This document shows positions 50,012-62,712 of a stretch of 64,000 nt of DNA, in pieces. The DNA is from Octopus vulgaris (lineage: Eukaryota): positions 104,718,001 through 104,782,000 of the forward strand of contig OX597823.1 of the NCBI GenBank assembly GCA_951406725.2. The letters run 5' to 3'. The notes beneath the pieces were generated by a model, which saw only the letters and a program-made list of their open reading frames with translations, was not told where the DNA came from and did not search any database. Every line of letters begins with the position of its first letter. Within the stretch, counting starts at the first letter, position 1. The translations under genes and the position numbers were made by a program.

Positions 50012-51220
50012 TCCGTTGGATGTGTAATGTCAGTGTTCATAGTCGACAGAGTGTAAGTACCTTGAGAGAAAAGTTGGACCTAAGAGGAATCAGATGTTGT
50101 GTGCAAGAGAGACGATTGCGCTGGTATGGTCATGTGGTGAGAATGGATGAAGATAGGTGTGTGAAAAAGTGCCACACCCTGGCAGTTGAGGGGACCTGTG
50201 GAAGAGGTAGACCCAGGAAAACCTGGGTCGAGGTGGTGAAGCACGACCTTCGAACTCTAGGTCTCACCAAGGAAATGACCAGAGACCAAGACCTATGGAA
50301 GTATGCTGTGCGTGAGAAGACCCGGCAAGACCAGTGAGAACAATCAAAATCAAATCATATATCAGAAAGCAGGGGTTAAGTGACCCATCCGTTCGTGTCC
50401 GCTGTCAGCCCTGTCTGGCACCCGTGCCGGTGATACGTAAAAGCACCATTCGCTCATGGCCGTTTGCCAGCTCTGCCTGGCCCCGTGTCGGTGGCACGTA
50501 AAAGCACCATCCGTTCGTGTTCGTTGCCAGCCTCGCCTGGCCCCGTGCCGGTGACACGTAAAAGCACCGTCCGTTCGTGGCCGTTTGCCAGCTCTGTCTG
50601 GCCCCGTGTCGGTGGCACGTAAAAGCACCATCCGTTCGTGGCTGTTTGCCAGCTCTGTCTGGCCCCGTGTCAGTGGCACGTAAAAGCACCGTCCGTCCGT
50701 TGCCAGCCTCGCCTGGCCCCCGTGCCAGTGACACGTAAAAGCACCGTCCGCTCGTGGCCGTTTGCCAGCTCTGTCTGGCAACCGTGTCGGTGGCACGTAA
50801 AAGCACCATCCGTTCGCGTCCGTTGCCAGCCTCGGCTGGCCCCCGTGCCGGTGACACGTAAAAGCACCGTCCATTCGTGGCCGGTTGCCAGCTCTGTCTG
50901 GCCCCGTGTCGGTGGCACGTAAAAGCACCATCCGTTCGTGTCTGTTGCCAGCATCGCCTGGCCCCGTGCCGGTGACACGTAAAAGCACCATCCGTTCGTG
51001 GCCGTTCGCCAGCTCTGTCTGGCACCTGTGCAGGTGGCACGTAAAAAACACCCACTACACTCGCGGAGTGGTTGGCGTTAGGAAGGGCATCCAGCCGTAG
51101 AAACACTGCCAGATCTGACTGGGCCTGACGAAGCCTTCCAGCTTCACAGACCCCAGTTGACCCGTCCAACCCATGCTAGCATGGAAAGCGGACGCTAAAC
51201 GATGATGATGATGATGATGA
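50008..51220 (+). mobile_element. 5'-truncated RTE (ORF C-terminus to 50337) with a ~60-bp tandem array (x11) in the 3' UTR
   Basis: MLRWMCNVSV..RRLRWYGHVVRM..EKTRQDQ*; cgtaaaa anchor recurs about every 60 bp from 50436 to 51040; (GAT)n tail. Confidence 0.92.
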
Positions 51221-51319
51221 TAAATAGATATGTGTATTTTTCCCTTGTTAACATTTAACACAGAAAAAATAGATAAATAGTTACCAGGGTAGCAAAAAAT
51301 CACACAAGTAAACTCCATT

Positions 51320-51657
51320 TATGTGTGTGTATGTATGCGTGTATGCGTGTGTGAGTGTGTGTGTGATTGCACATGTGCATGTGTGTGTGTGTGTATGAGT
51401 GTGTGAGTGTGTGTGCATGTATGAGTGTGTGAGTGTGTATGTATTTATAGTATATTGAACATGTGCATGTGTGTGTGTATGAGTGTGTGTATGTATAAGT
51501 GTGTGAGTGTGTATGTGTATATATGAATGTGTGAGTGTGTGTGTGTACGTGTGAGTGTGTGCATGTGTGTGTGATTGCACATGTGCATGTGTGTGTGTGT
51601 GTATGAGTGTGTGAGTGTGTGTGCATGTATGAGTGTGTGAGTGTGTATGTATTTATA

Positions 51658-51693
<36 letters not shown>

Positions 51694-52978
51694 TTTTTGG
51701 ATTTGGTTTGCAAGATTCTTTATATGAGTTCTTGTGTCGAAGCATATTCTGTTGTGTCTGGGGAGAGTCATTTTCTTTTTCTGCCTTATTATGTAACACA
51801 CTCACCGGTAAAATTTCCATTTATAATATATATATATATATATATACACAACAGACTTCTTTCAGTTATCATCTACTAAATGCAATTGTAGGAACTAAGG
51901 AATCAAGCTACAGAAATTAAACAAAATAGACTTTGGAACCTGGTGTAGCCCCTGACCTTGTTTGTCCCTGTTAAATTGTCCAACCTATGCCAGCATGGAA
52001 AATGGATGTTAAATGTTGTTGATGATGATGATGATGATAAGATCCATTCACAAAGCTTTAATTAGCCTGAGCGTATAGCAGAAGCCACTTGGCCAAGGTG
52101 TCACAGAGGGAAACTGAACCTGGAACCATGTGGTTGGGAAGTTAAGTTCTCAGCACATGGCCACAAGACAGCTGAATGTGATTTAAAGCAGATTTAGCTG
52201 CTATTTCTTGTAAATAGTGTGACTAAGTAGCCACTCACCTCATTAGCATATATGCAAAAGGTCTGAAAATGACAGCATCATTATGTATGGATATGTATGT
52301 GTGTGAGTGTGTGCATGTGTGTATGTGTGTGTGTGATTGCACATGTGCATGTGTGTGTGTATGAGTGTGTGAGTGTGTGAGTGTGTGTGTATGTATGAGT
52401 GTGTGAGTGTGCATGTATGTATATGTATGTGTGAGTGTGTGCATGTGTGTGTGTGTGTGATTGCACATGTGCATGTGTGTGTGTATGAGCGCGTGAGTGT
52501 GTGTGTGTATGTATGAGTGTATGAGTGTGTATGTGTGTATATGAGTGTGTGAGTGTGTGTGTATGTATGCGTGTATGTATGTATGTGTGTGTGAGTGTGC
52601 ATGCGTGTATGTGTGTGTGATTGCACATGTGCATGTGTGTGTGTGTATGAGTGTGTGTATGTATGAGTGTGTGAGTGTGTATGTGTATATATGAATGTGT
52701 AAGTGTGTGTGTGTGTGTGTATGTGTGTGTATATGTGTGATTGTGTACATGTGTGTGTGTGTGATTGCACATGTGCATGTGTGTCTGTGTGTATGAGTGT
52801 GTGAGTGTGTGTGCATGTATGAGTGTGTGAGTGTGTATGTGTGTATATGACTGTGTGAGTGTGTGTGTATGTGTGTGAGTGTGTACATGTGTGTGAGCGT
52901 GCATGTGCATATGTGTGTGAGATTGCACATGTGCATGCGTGTGTGTATGTATGAGTGTGTGAGTGTGTGTATGAGTGT

Positions 52979-53014
<36 letters not shown>

Positions 53015-53027
53015 GCGTGCGTGTACA
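51320..53027. repeat. Two compound (TG)n/(TGAG)n satellite blocks (51320-51660, 52285-53027) with recurring gattgcacatgtgcat
   Basis: Read directly. Confidence 0.85.
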
Positions 53028-53370
53028 CCTTGATCCAGTGCAGTGAGATGCTGTGTTCTCAAGTTTGACTTCCCCAATCTTTCATGTGTCCTTCCTTTAA
53101 CTGTAATTAACTAATGATGCATGTTCAGCCAGCATGCACGTGTTATTAATTAGCATTACCTGTCCAAACGAACACAATACTATCAAGCAATCGCATCCCA
53201 TCCCATCTCATCCATCTTGTTCTCGTTTATTCTTAAAATAATATTGGCCTCACCACAACCACCATCACCATTGCCCTCATCATCGTCATCATTACCACCA
53301 CCATGACCATGACCATGGGCACCATGACCATAATGATAACGACCACCACCACCACCACCACCATCATCAC

Positions 53371-53405
<35 letters not shown>

Positions 53406-54301
53406 GTACCACAAGCTTCATCATCATCATCATCACCAACACTATTACCATATCTCCACCCCTCATCATTGATACCAAACATCAGCAGGAGAGCGCTATC
53501 ATCGTCAACATCATCTCCATCGTGATCACCCATCTCTGTAATTGTCATCACCAATATCTCTGTCATCATGACCTTCACCTACTGTAACCACCACCACCAC
53601 CACCACCACCACCACCACCATCATCATCATCATCTACTATGTGTGTAAAACAAGCATTCTTCCCCTAATCTTGATTATCTAAATTACTACACGAGAATTT
53701 ACAATGGGATTTTATGATTGGCTGCTCTTTCTATCATCAATAATAATTACTTTATTCCAAACCTGGTAAAAAGCAGGACCACAAATCTGCAGGAGAGAGA
53801 GAGACATATGAATTTGGAGAATCAGCCTTTTACATGCTAACCATCTTATCAACTCCAGTAGGGGGTGGGAGACGAAGACAACCTTAAGGTTAATTCCATC
53901 TTTCATCATTTGCACAGAATTCCTCTGGCTCAAGTAATTTTATATTTATGATGGTGATGATGATGATGATGATGATAACAGTAATAATAAGAATAATGAT
54001 AATCATAATAATAATAATGTCATGTACTGTTTATCTTGATGTGAGGTCACCATGTCACGTACATACGGTTGTGATGCATGTGCCTGGTTTAGTGATGGGT
54101 AGTCATGATGGGTATACTGGGCTTTGTATATTTTACCCCAGTATCCCTTTGACAGTATGCATTGCTCTCTCACTCAATAATAATAATAGTAATGATAATA
54201 ATAATAATAATAATAATAAGGCACACAGAGCTGCGCTCGGTAGTGAAGTGAAAGCACGATATAAAAATATACTACTGAATAATAATAATAATAATAATAA
54301 T

Positions 54302-54852
54302 AAATGTCCTGATGCAGTACCAGACAGTGGCTCTCATGGCTTCTGATCTTAACTGATTGCAAGTGTTATCATGTACATTGTTTTGTCTTGGTATAAAAGA
54401 TGGCCTACAGCAAATATTCTGCTCAATACCACAGATTTGCTTGTCAGTTGTTTGACCATAACCAGTTAAGCATGTCCCTCAGCGGCTGACGATATGTGCA
54501 TCTCTGATCCCGAGCAGAAGTAGTGGTGGAGCATCATAGCCATGTGTTGAGAGGGATTCTTTGGGGTTTGGATAATTCACCTTTGGTGATATGGGTGTTT
54601 CGTTCAACATCCTTAATCCTTATTCAAGGACCTTTTGAGTGGGATGGGCTACTCGACCTGAAGAAAATTCTAACTGGACCCCACCTACAAGGTCATGTGC
54701 TGTTTATCTTGATATGAAATCATGTCGCGCACATATGGTTGTGATGCATGTGCCTAGTGTACCCTTATCAGACGGGTAGTCATGATGGGTATACTGGGCT
54801 TTGTATATTTTACCCCGGTGTCACTTTGATGGCATGCACTGCTCTCTCACTC

Positions 54853-54853
<1 letters not shown>
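54302..54853 (+). mobile_element. Unclassified ~550-bp repeat embedded in (AAT)n
   Basis: Partial copy sharing the right end at 54019-54175; both flanked by (AAT)n; no recognisable ORF. Confidence 0.55.
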
Positions 54854-54911
<58 letters not shown>

Positions 54912-54928
54912 GCAGAATAATAATGATG

Positions 54929-54983
<55 letters not shown>

Positions 54984-55002
54984 TAATAATAATCATTATT
55001 AT

Positions 55003-55525
55003 TATTCAGTAGTTTTATTTTTATAGTGTGCTTTCACTTCACTACTGAGCGCAGCTCTGTGTGCCTTGGTTTGTTGTGATGTTCTGATGGTTACTATTGA
55101 AAGTGTTCTGCAGATATAGTTGTCAGAGATCATGAAGAAAAAAAATGCTTTCTAATTGATGTATCAATACCGGCAGATGACAACGTGTCTCTAAAAGAAA
55201 TGGAGAAACTTTCAAAATACAAAGACCTTGGAAATAGAGGTAACCAGAATGTGGAATCTAAAAACAGAAACAATTCCTATCATAGTAGGTGCATTAGGCA
55301 TGATAAAACAATATTCAGACAAATACATAACAAAAACACCAGGACTTACAAACACATATAACATACAGAAAATTGCACTACTAGGCACTGCACACATCCT
55401 AACGCAGAACACTTTCCATACAGTAACCATCAGAGCATCACAACAAATCACAGCACATACCTAAGGCACACAGAGCTGCGCTCGGTAGTGAAGTGAAAGC
55501 ACGCTATAAAAATAAAACTACTGAC
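55003..55525 (+). mobile_element. R4/Dong-like LINE 3' end (55110-55525) preceded by an inverted copy of its own 3' terminus (55003-55110)
   Basis: LIDVSIPADDNVSLKEMEKLSKYKDL..IVGALG RLE motifs; (AAT)n and (ATT)n flanks. Confidence 0.82.
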
Positions 55526-55590
<65 letters not shown>

Positions 55591-55659
55591 TTAATGATAA
55601 TAATAATGGCAGAATCATTAGCATGCCAGGCAAAATACTTAGGTCTATTTTTGCCTTTT

Positions 55660-55950
55660 CATCACAGACTGCAACTTTTTGGTATCTTCATATTTCAGAA
55701 CTAACTTTAACATTCGTTTGCTTGTTGCAAAGTGGGAAGAATGTTCCATGGTCAGAGTTTTCAATGAGAGTCAAGATTGCATTAACCTCTGCCTTCTTTT
55801 CTTGGAAGGTGTATTCGGCCAATGCCTTCTTTTCAATGATGCACATGAGGCATTGTCATCAGTTTTTGGATTTTGACATCAACTTTGTTGATCACAGAGA
55901 TGGACCAGTTAATAAAAGTGAAACTGTCTGCAATTACAGGCATAGCTAAT
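55660..55950 (-). mobile_element. Decayed R4/Dong-like post-RT fragment
   Basis: SFTFINWSISVINKVDVKIQKLMTMPHVHH..HLPRKEGRG resembles the INW..D.K.RK.LT..HP..LYLPRKEGGRGL motif. Confidence 0.6.
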
Positions 55951-56163
55951 GTGTTTATGGCCCCTAAACAAGGGATGCTTTCTGATAATTTTCATTCTAT
56001 CAGTGTTATTACCCACTTCTTGTAAAAAAAAAATGTTTCTACTCTAATGATTGTTTCCTCCTCACTCCTTCACCACCAGCACCACCAGCACCACCACCAC
56101 CAGCACCACCACTGCCACCACCACCAATGCCACCAGCACCAATGCCACCAGCACCAATGCCAC

Positions 56164-56195
<32 letters not shown>

Positions 56196-56732
56196 CCACC
56201 ACCACTAGCATCATCACCAGCACCAGCACCACCACCACCACCACCACTAGCATCATCACCAGCACCAGCACCGCCGCCGCCGCCACCACCACCACTAGCA
56301 CCCCTCCCCCACCATCTTCTACTTTTTCTTCTCCATCCTCCTCCACTTCTACCTCTGCTCTGCCTCCTCTCCCATCTCCCCCCTTCACTCTAAACCAAAT
56401 TTATTGTTAACCCTTTTTCTGTGGAAATCAGATACACCCCCTCAGAGTTTCGTTGTCTCCTTAACAGCAGAAAGCAGTTTCATATACCAATCTTTCTTTT
56501 GTTGAGGAATGTCATGTTCAATACTATTTTTTGCCAAGAAATATCAAATTTATTATGAGGCAATGTGACTTGCAGAAATTACCAATTCTAATTAGAATAA
56601 CTACGAAGTTTAATTTTGCAGTCAAATGGTTAAAAAGTAATTGTTCGTTTCATCTGTGATTACAACATTGGCAATGATATGGTAACGATATCAGTTTTTT
56701 GGAAGTACAAGTAGGAATGTTTATTAGGGAGG

Positions 56733-57345
56733 GGCAACAGCTGACAGAATTGTCAGCAGATGGGTGAAATGCTTAGTGGTATTTTGTCTGCTGCTACATT
56801 GTGAGTTCAAATTCCGCTGAGGTCGACTTTGCCTTTCATCCTTTCAGGGTCGATTAAATAAGTACCAGTTACGCACTGGGGTCGATATAATCGACTTAAT
56901 CCGTTTGTCTGTCCTTGTTTGTCCTCTCTTTGTTTAGCCCCTTTTGGGTAGTAAAGAAATAGGTATTTTGTCTGCTGTTATGTTCTGAGTTCAAATTCTG
57001 CCGAGGTCGACTTTGCCTTTCATCCTTTCGGGGTCGATTAAATAAGTACCAGTTACGCACTGGGGTCAATGTAATTGACTTAATCCCCTTGTCTGTCCTT
57101 GTTTGTCCCCTCTATGTTTAGCCCCTTGTGGGCAATAAAGACATAAAAATTGTCAGTAGATCATACAAAATGTTTAGTGATATTTCTTCTGACTTTACGT
57201 TTTGAATTCAAATGCCACTGCGATCAACTTAGCCAGCCATCCTTTTGGAGTTGATGAAATAAAATACCAGTCATATCATGCAGTTGACGTAATTGACTTA
57301 CTCCTCTCCCCTAAAATAGCTGCCCTTGTGCCAAAATTTCAAACC
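56733..57345 (+). mobile_element. Three nested family A SINEs
   Basis: Direct repeats aattgtcag(c/t)agat (56748, 57148) and ggtattttgtctgctg (56778, 56962). Confidence 0.82.
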
Positions 57346-57928
57346 ATTTGTTAGAAATGGGCTGAACAGAAGGATAATAGAATCAATCACTTCTGTTCCT
57401 GATGAAATATGGTATAAAAATTACAAAAATTACAAAAGAGAAAAACGAAATGAAAAAATAAACAAAACAAAAAAAAATTTCCAAAATTCCATGCCATTTA
57501 TCTTCCTGGCTTTTGTTTATGTAGATACCAGGGAAGGTGAAGGAATAACACAGAATAAAGAAGCTAAAACAAAGAATCTAGTTACTGGGAAGGAAAAGAT
57601 GCTGCTGTGTTTTCCCCCACCACCACCACCACTTTCACCACCGCCGCCGCCGCCGCCGACACCACCACCACCGCCACCACCTCCCTATTTTCACTTTCCT
57701 TTGAGCTCCACCAAAACTTGCTCAGAGCTTAGCCAAAAACTTCCTTTTTGACTTGATTACTGATCTGTCATGCTACACCTCACCTCATCCAGCACTCCAA
57801 CTCCCACCTCTTTATTCTATCGACTGACCCTACCTCTGTAGCCTTAATACATAAAGCCAACAGTATCTTAACTGACACCCATTATCTTCATAATGATTTA
57901 TGATAGCATCTGAAAAATCTCACTTGAG

Positions 57929-57963
<35 letters not shown>

Positions 57964-58309
57964 GAAAAGAGAGAGAGAGAAAAAGAGAAAAAGAATGTAT
58001 ATGTAATTGTGTTCAATGTTTTGCAAAATGTAAATGTTGGAATGTCTGGATGAAGCAAATAAATTACAATGGCCAAGAATATTCTGGCCACAAGAAAGAT
58101 GAACTTGAAGTTTCTCTATTTTCATTGTCCCTCCAAAATCAATCCCATTCTGATTCACTAAAAGGAAAACCAATCCTTCCCTGTGTGATTGAATGACTGG
58201 GAGAAATAATTACCCAGGGTACTATCTGCATAAGAAATGCACAGTTAAGTGGAAGCTGGCATAATTAATGTAATCATCATCATCATCATCCTCATCATCA
58301 TCATCATCG

Positions 58310-58343
<34 letters not shown>

Positions 58344-58539
58344 TTAAAATCTATTTTCCTCGCTGGCATGGGTTGAACGGTTTGACAGGGGCTAGCTAGG
58401 CAGCAGACTGCATCAGGCTTCACTGACTGTTTCCGCATGGATTTTATGGCAGGATGTCCTTCCTAACACCAACCACTTTATACAGTAGACAGCCTTACAT
58501 TCAATACTGATGCAGAATTGAGAACTTGGTTGAAATCAG

Positions 58540-58660
58540 GTGATTTCTACCAATGAGGTATTGAAAATCTTGTTGAACGTTGGGAAGAAGTTGTAAACAA
58601 CAAGGGTGAATACGTTATTGATTAAGTGAGGCAAGAGAGGCAACTTCATAATCAAAATTA
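58540..58660 (+). mobile_element. Mariner transposase C-terminal fragment
   Basis: GIENLVERWEEVVNNKGEYVID*. Confidence 0.75.
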
Positions 58661-58998
58661 ATGAAAAACTGGAAGGGCTCGTGGGAAAGAGTGAGTCTGA
58701 TCTTTGACAGACATGTTTTAGCATTATTAAACCTCCTCAGCCGAAAGAAAATGCTTTTACAGTTTTTACTTATCAGATTATAGAAACCTGAGAGACACAA
58801 TGACTTAAAATGGCTGAATATTGATAAGCAAAGATGTTACATGAATTACTGATTAAGATAAGATTTATGGAATAATCTCTTCATTAAAGATATATGAGCA
58901 AAGAAAATATTTCTTATGGTTAGAACTGTATGTCATTTGATTAAATATTATGCATGAATCATCCCATTGTGGTATTTTGGGTAGACCCAGCAGTTCTT

Positions 58999-59120
58999 TG
59001 ATCAAAGGCATTTAAGACAAACAGATCTGTGATCAAAGTCATTCAAGCCAAACCGACTTATGACCAAAGGCATTCAAATGAAACAGACCAATGATCAAAG
59101 ACATCAAAGCCACACAAGCC
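58999..59120. repeat. 31-bp tandem repeat x4
   Basis: tga(t/c)caaag at 58999, 59030, 59061, 59092. Confidence 0.85.
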
Positions 59121-61144
59121 TAAGGTACTGAAACTGTGGCAATGTCATTTTTATTTCCCATACTATGGATTTCACAATCCAAGTTGTCTTTCCTCTTCTT
59201 AAGACAGTGGGGATTATATTAAGTGATTATATTATATCACTGAGGTGGTGGGGGCGGTGTGCATTGATGTCTTCAAGAGGTAGGCCCCGAAACGGCATGC
59301 ATTCTCTCCTGATGACCCCATGTACTTGCTGGCTTCCGGTATGCAGAGTTTTTGACTGGTAGCACTTGCATGTGCAAGTTGTTTGCAAGACAGTAATTTT
59401 CAGCCATTTTTAATCCAAGCACCCTAAATAGAGTGTTGATTGGGCTACAATGGCCATAACACATTATCAGTAGTTTACAAATTGTATTTAAAAAAGTGAA
59501 TATTAAAACTGTTTTAATTTTGAAACAAGTATGTGTTTTACACTTTGTTTCAAAGGAATATGCATACACTAGTATGGTGTATTAAAAACGTTCAAATTTT
59601 CAAGATATCCTGGTATTTTCCAACTTACCTGAAAAACACATGGCACACACCTGGGCACCTAATGTAGCACACAATTGCTCAGCATTACAATGACTGATAA
59701 TATTTGTTTAGATAGTTGCATAACCTCTTAGTGGTTCATTCTTTGGCTGGTGGTTGTAGGAGTTTGTGTGTTTCTGAGTTTCAAAAATGGGATTCAATCT
59801 ACAAATTAATTACCAGCAGGTGATCTATGATTGAAAGGTCAAAGAGCAAGCCAAAGACAGAGTATCATATCCCAGCTTCGCCTTACTGGCACTTGTGCCC
59901 CGTGTTAAGTAGGATGCTAGAGCATCATCTGAGTGTGATTGTTGCCAGAGCAGCTAAGTGGCTTCCATGCCGGTGGTATGTAGAAGGCACCATGGGATCA
60001 TTACCAGCATCGCCTTACTGGCACCTGTGCCATTGGCATGTGTAAAAAAAAAAAAAATTCGAGTGAGCTCATTGCAGTACCGCCCGACTGGACCCTGTGC
60101 TGGTGACATGTAAAAGCACCCACTACACTCTCGGAGTGGTTGGCGTTAGGAAGGGCATCCAGCTGTAGAAACTCTGCCAGATCAAGACTGGAGCCTGGTG
60201 CAGCCATCTGGTTCGCCAGCCTACAGTCAAACTCCAACCCATGCTAGCATGGAAAGCGGACGTTAAACGATGATGATGATGAAATAAAAGACAGAGCATG
60301 TCACAACAGTATTAAAGTGGACACATACTACAAGTAAAGAAGTTGTCTTCTCATAGTCATCTCTTCTATGAACTATATTTCCTAATGAAATACATGTTGT
60401 GCTTCAATTAATTTTGAATATAATCAAGAATTTGCAGGGAATTAGTCAAACAACTAGCTTTTTCATTATTAAAGCTAATGTTTGGAACATAACAAAAAGG
60501 TTCTGAGATAAAAATTATGATGGATGGGTTTAATTTAAATATCAATACTTTTAAACAGGCAGCAGCTTTGTATTGTAGAACCCAAAGTAGTTTCATGCAT
60601 ATTAGCATCAAAAGGGTTAAACATTTCATCATGAACATTAATATTTCAACTTCATACAATCAGTTTGTGAATGTTCATTCGTTACAGGATTCTTCTTCAA
60701 TAAGTGACTTTTTAAAAATCTGACAAAAGATGTAAAAACCATTAATATCACTTATACTTCTTTTGCATGGTAGAGTAGCTGGTAAAATATTTTATTCCAG
60801 TTTTATACATTATCTTTAACATACAGAATTACAAAAACAGAAAAACTTTTTTTAAACATTAAATGAATGAATATGCTCCTGTTAATATGTTTTTAATATT
60901 TATAACATAATGAAGAAAACTAATTGACTGACTGGCAGATATTTCGTAAAAAGTGCATCACATTACAAATTTACAGATGTGAGGTTTCCTCTCATTATGT
61001 CTGCTGTTACAACAATGGCTTCTGCTTTTTTTTGTTAACTAAATCGTTTTATAACCTCTCTACACAGGTCCACACACTATGGCAATAACTACTGCTTTAC
61101 TGAACAAGCTATATATATATTCTCTCTACTTAGATCCATAAAAG

Positions 61145-61448
61145 GGTAAAGAGTAAAGACCTCCTTCAGTAATTAATAACCATGGGATTGCACCTAGAAA
61201 TTTCCCCTCTAAAGCACAAGTCTGGTGAAGGTTGTTTATGGAAGACCAGCAGTCACCCATGCATACCAGCCTGCCTTCTCCATGCCACCAGTGTTATCCA
61301 AGGGAAAAGCAAAGGCCGATACAGCTTGGCATTAATGATGTCGCAACTCATTTCTACAGCTGAATGATCTGGAGCAATGTGAAATAAAGTGTCTTGCTCA
61401 AGAGCGCAACACACAGCCTGGTTCAAGAATTGAACTCACCACCTCACT
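61145..61448 (-). mobile_element. tRNA-derived SINE, family C
   Basis: Minus strand shows B-box-like gtgagttcaattc, a tcttgagcaagacacttt motif and a ttaccc-type tail. Confidence 0.6.
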
Positions 61449-61628
61449 ATCATCTAAATTAGCTAGCTACATAACATCTTCATTCAGGTCCAACTGACTC
61501 ACTTGTCTCCTCATTTTGTCTCACCTCCACCACCCTACATTAGACATTTTTATCAGTCTTTCCTCATCACAACTGATTTCTTCTGGAATTCTTTCCTTGC
61601 ACACACTTTTCCTATAAACGTAAACATA

Positions 61629-62020
61629 GGCGCAGGTGTGGCTGTGTGGTAAGAAGCTTGCTTCCCAACCACATGGTTCTGGATTCAGTCCCACTGCATG
61701 GCACCTTGGGTAAGTATCTTCTACTATAGCCTAGGATTGACCAAAGCCTTGTGAGAGGATTTGGTATATGGAAACTGAAAGAAGCCTGTCATATGTATAT
61801 ATGTGTTTGTGTGTGTGTTTGTTCCCCATCATTGCTTGACAACCTGTGCTAGTGTTTACATGCCCGTAACTTAGCATTTCAGCAAAAGAAACTGATAGAA
61901 TAGGTACTAGGCTTTAAAAAAAATAAGTCCTGTGGTTGAATTGTTTGACTAAAATCCTTCGAAGTGGTGCTCCAGCATGGCTGCAGTCAAATGATCAAAA
62001 CCAGTAAAAGAATAAAAGAA
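61629..62020 (+). mobile_element. tRNA-derived SINE, family B, full length
   Basis: ggcgcaggtgtggctgtgtggtaagaag head through the aaaagaat tail. Confidence 0.88.
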
Positions 62021-62712
62021 TACTGAATATCAACTCCATAAATTTCACTAGTTTGACAGTGTGACCTGCAAAGGTCATGGTGACTCCCTCATTTCCTTTG
62101 ACTAACTTATAAAAAACATAGCCTCACGGATGAGCTATTGAAATACTGGTTCATAAAACCATGAGTTGCTATTTACCATTATCATGAATGCCTTTATGTA
62201 GAAGTCTTGAAAGCAGCTGTCATTGTGGAGAAATAGACTTTAAGGAATTCTTCTAACTGCAAAAAAAGCCTTTGATAAAACTCTTCAAACAGAGAAGAAA
62301 TGGATTTAATATATAAAAAATGCAAAATAAAAAGAAGAAACACCCACACAAAAACACTTACGAGAAACTGGAATGGGTTAGTTTATAAGAAAAGTACTTT
62401 GTTGCTCACACTCGTTGGTTATGTTGCAAATATGCAGATTATTCTAGCAGGAAACATTTTCAAAGGATTTCTGAGAAAAATGCATATGTCAGCATTTTAA
62501 GTTTTCCAAAATAAATGTACCAGTCATCATCAGACATGAAATATAACAGTGCCAAGCAATGGCACGGCATATTTCTATGTAAAACCACTTTCCAGAATAT
62601 TACAGAATTCGTTTCCAACAAATCTAAGTTGTATGATTACTTATGATATTTTCATCATCTTTTCAAAATCAAGCCAAAGAAAAATGAAAGAAAAATAGAA
62701 AAATACTAATCA

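Noticed and set aside
50385-51050. CRISPR-like appearance of the 60-bp array (also 22333-22700)
   Set aside because: No unique spacers, no cas genes, eukaryotic LINE/mariner context
50362-51169. 229- and 254-aa minus-strand ORFs
   Set aside because: Antisense to the RTE 3' UTR array; openness is explained by GC-rich repeats
52235-53587. Long His/Thr-, Asp/Gly- or Met/Val-rich ORFs (also 18262-18618, 36359-36637, 56051-56410 and all YIYI/CVCV ORFs)
   Set aside because: Translations of microsatellites and triplet tracts that lack stops by composition
59285-59320. ccgaaac and ctgatga motifs close together
   Set aside because: Flanking stems do not pair in any hammerhead topology I could build
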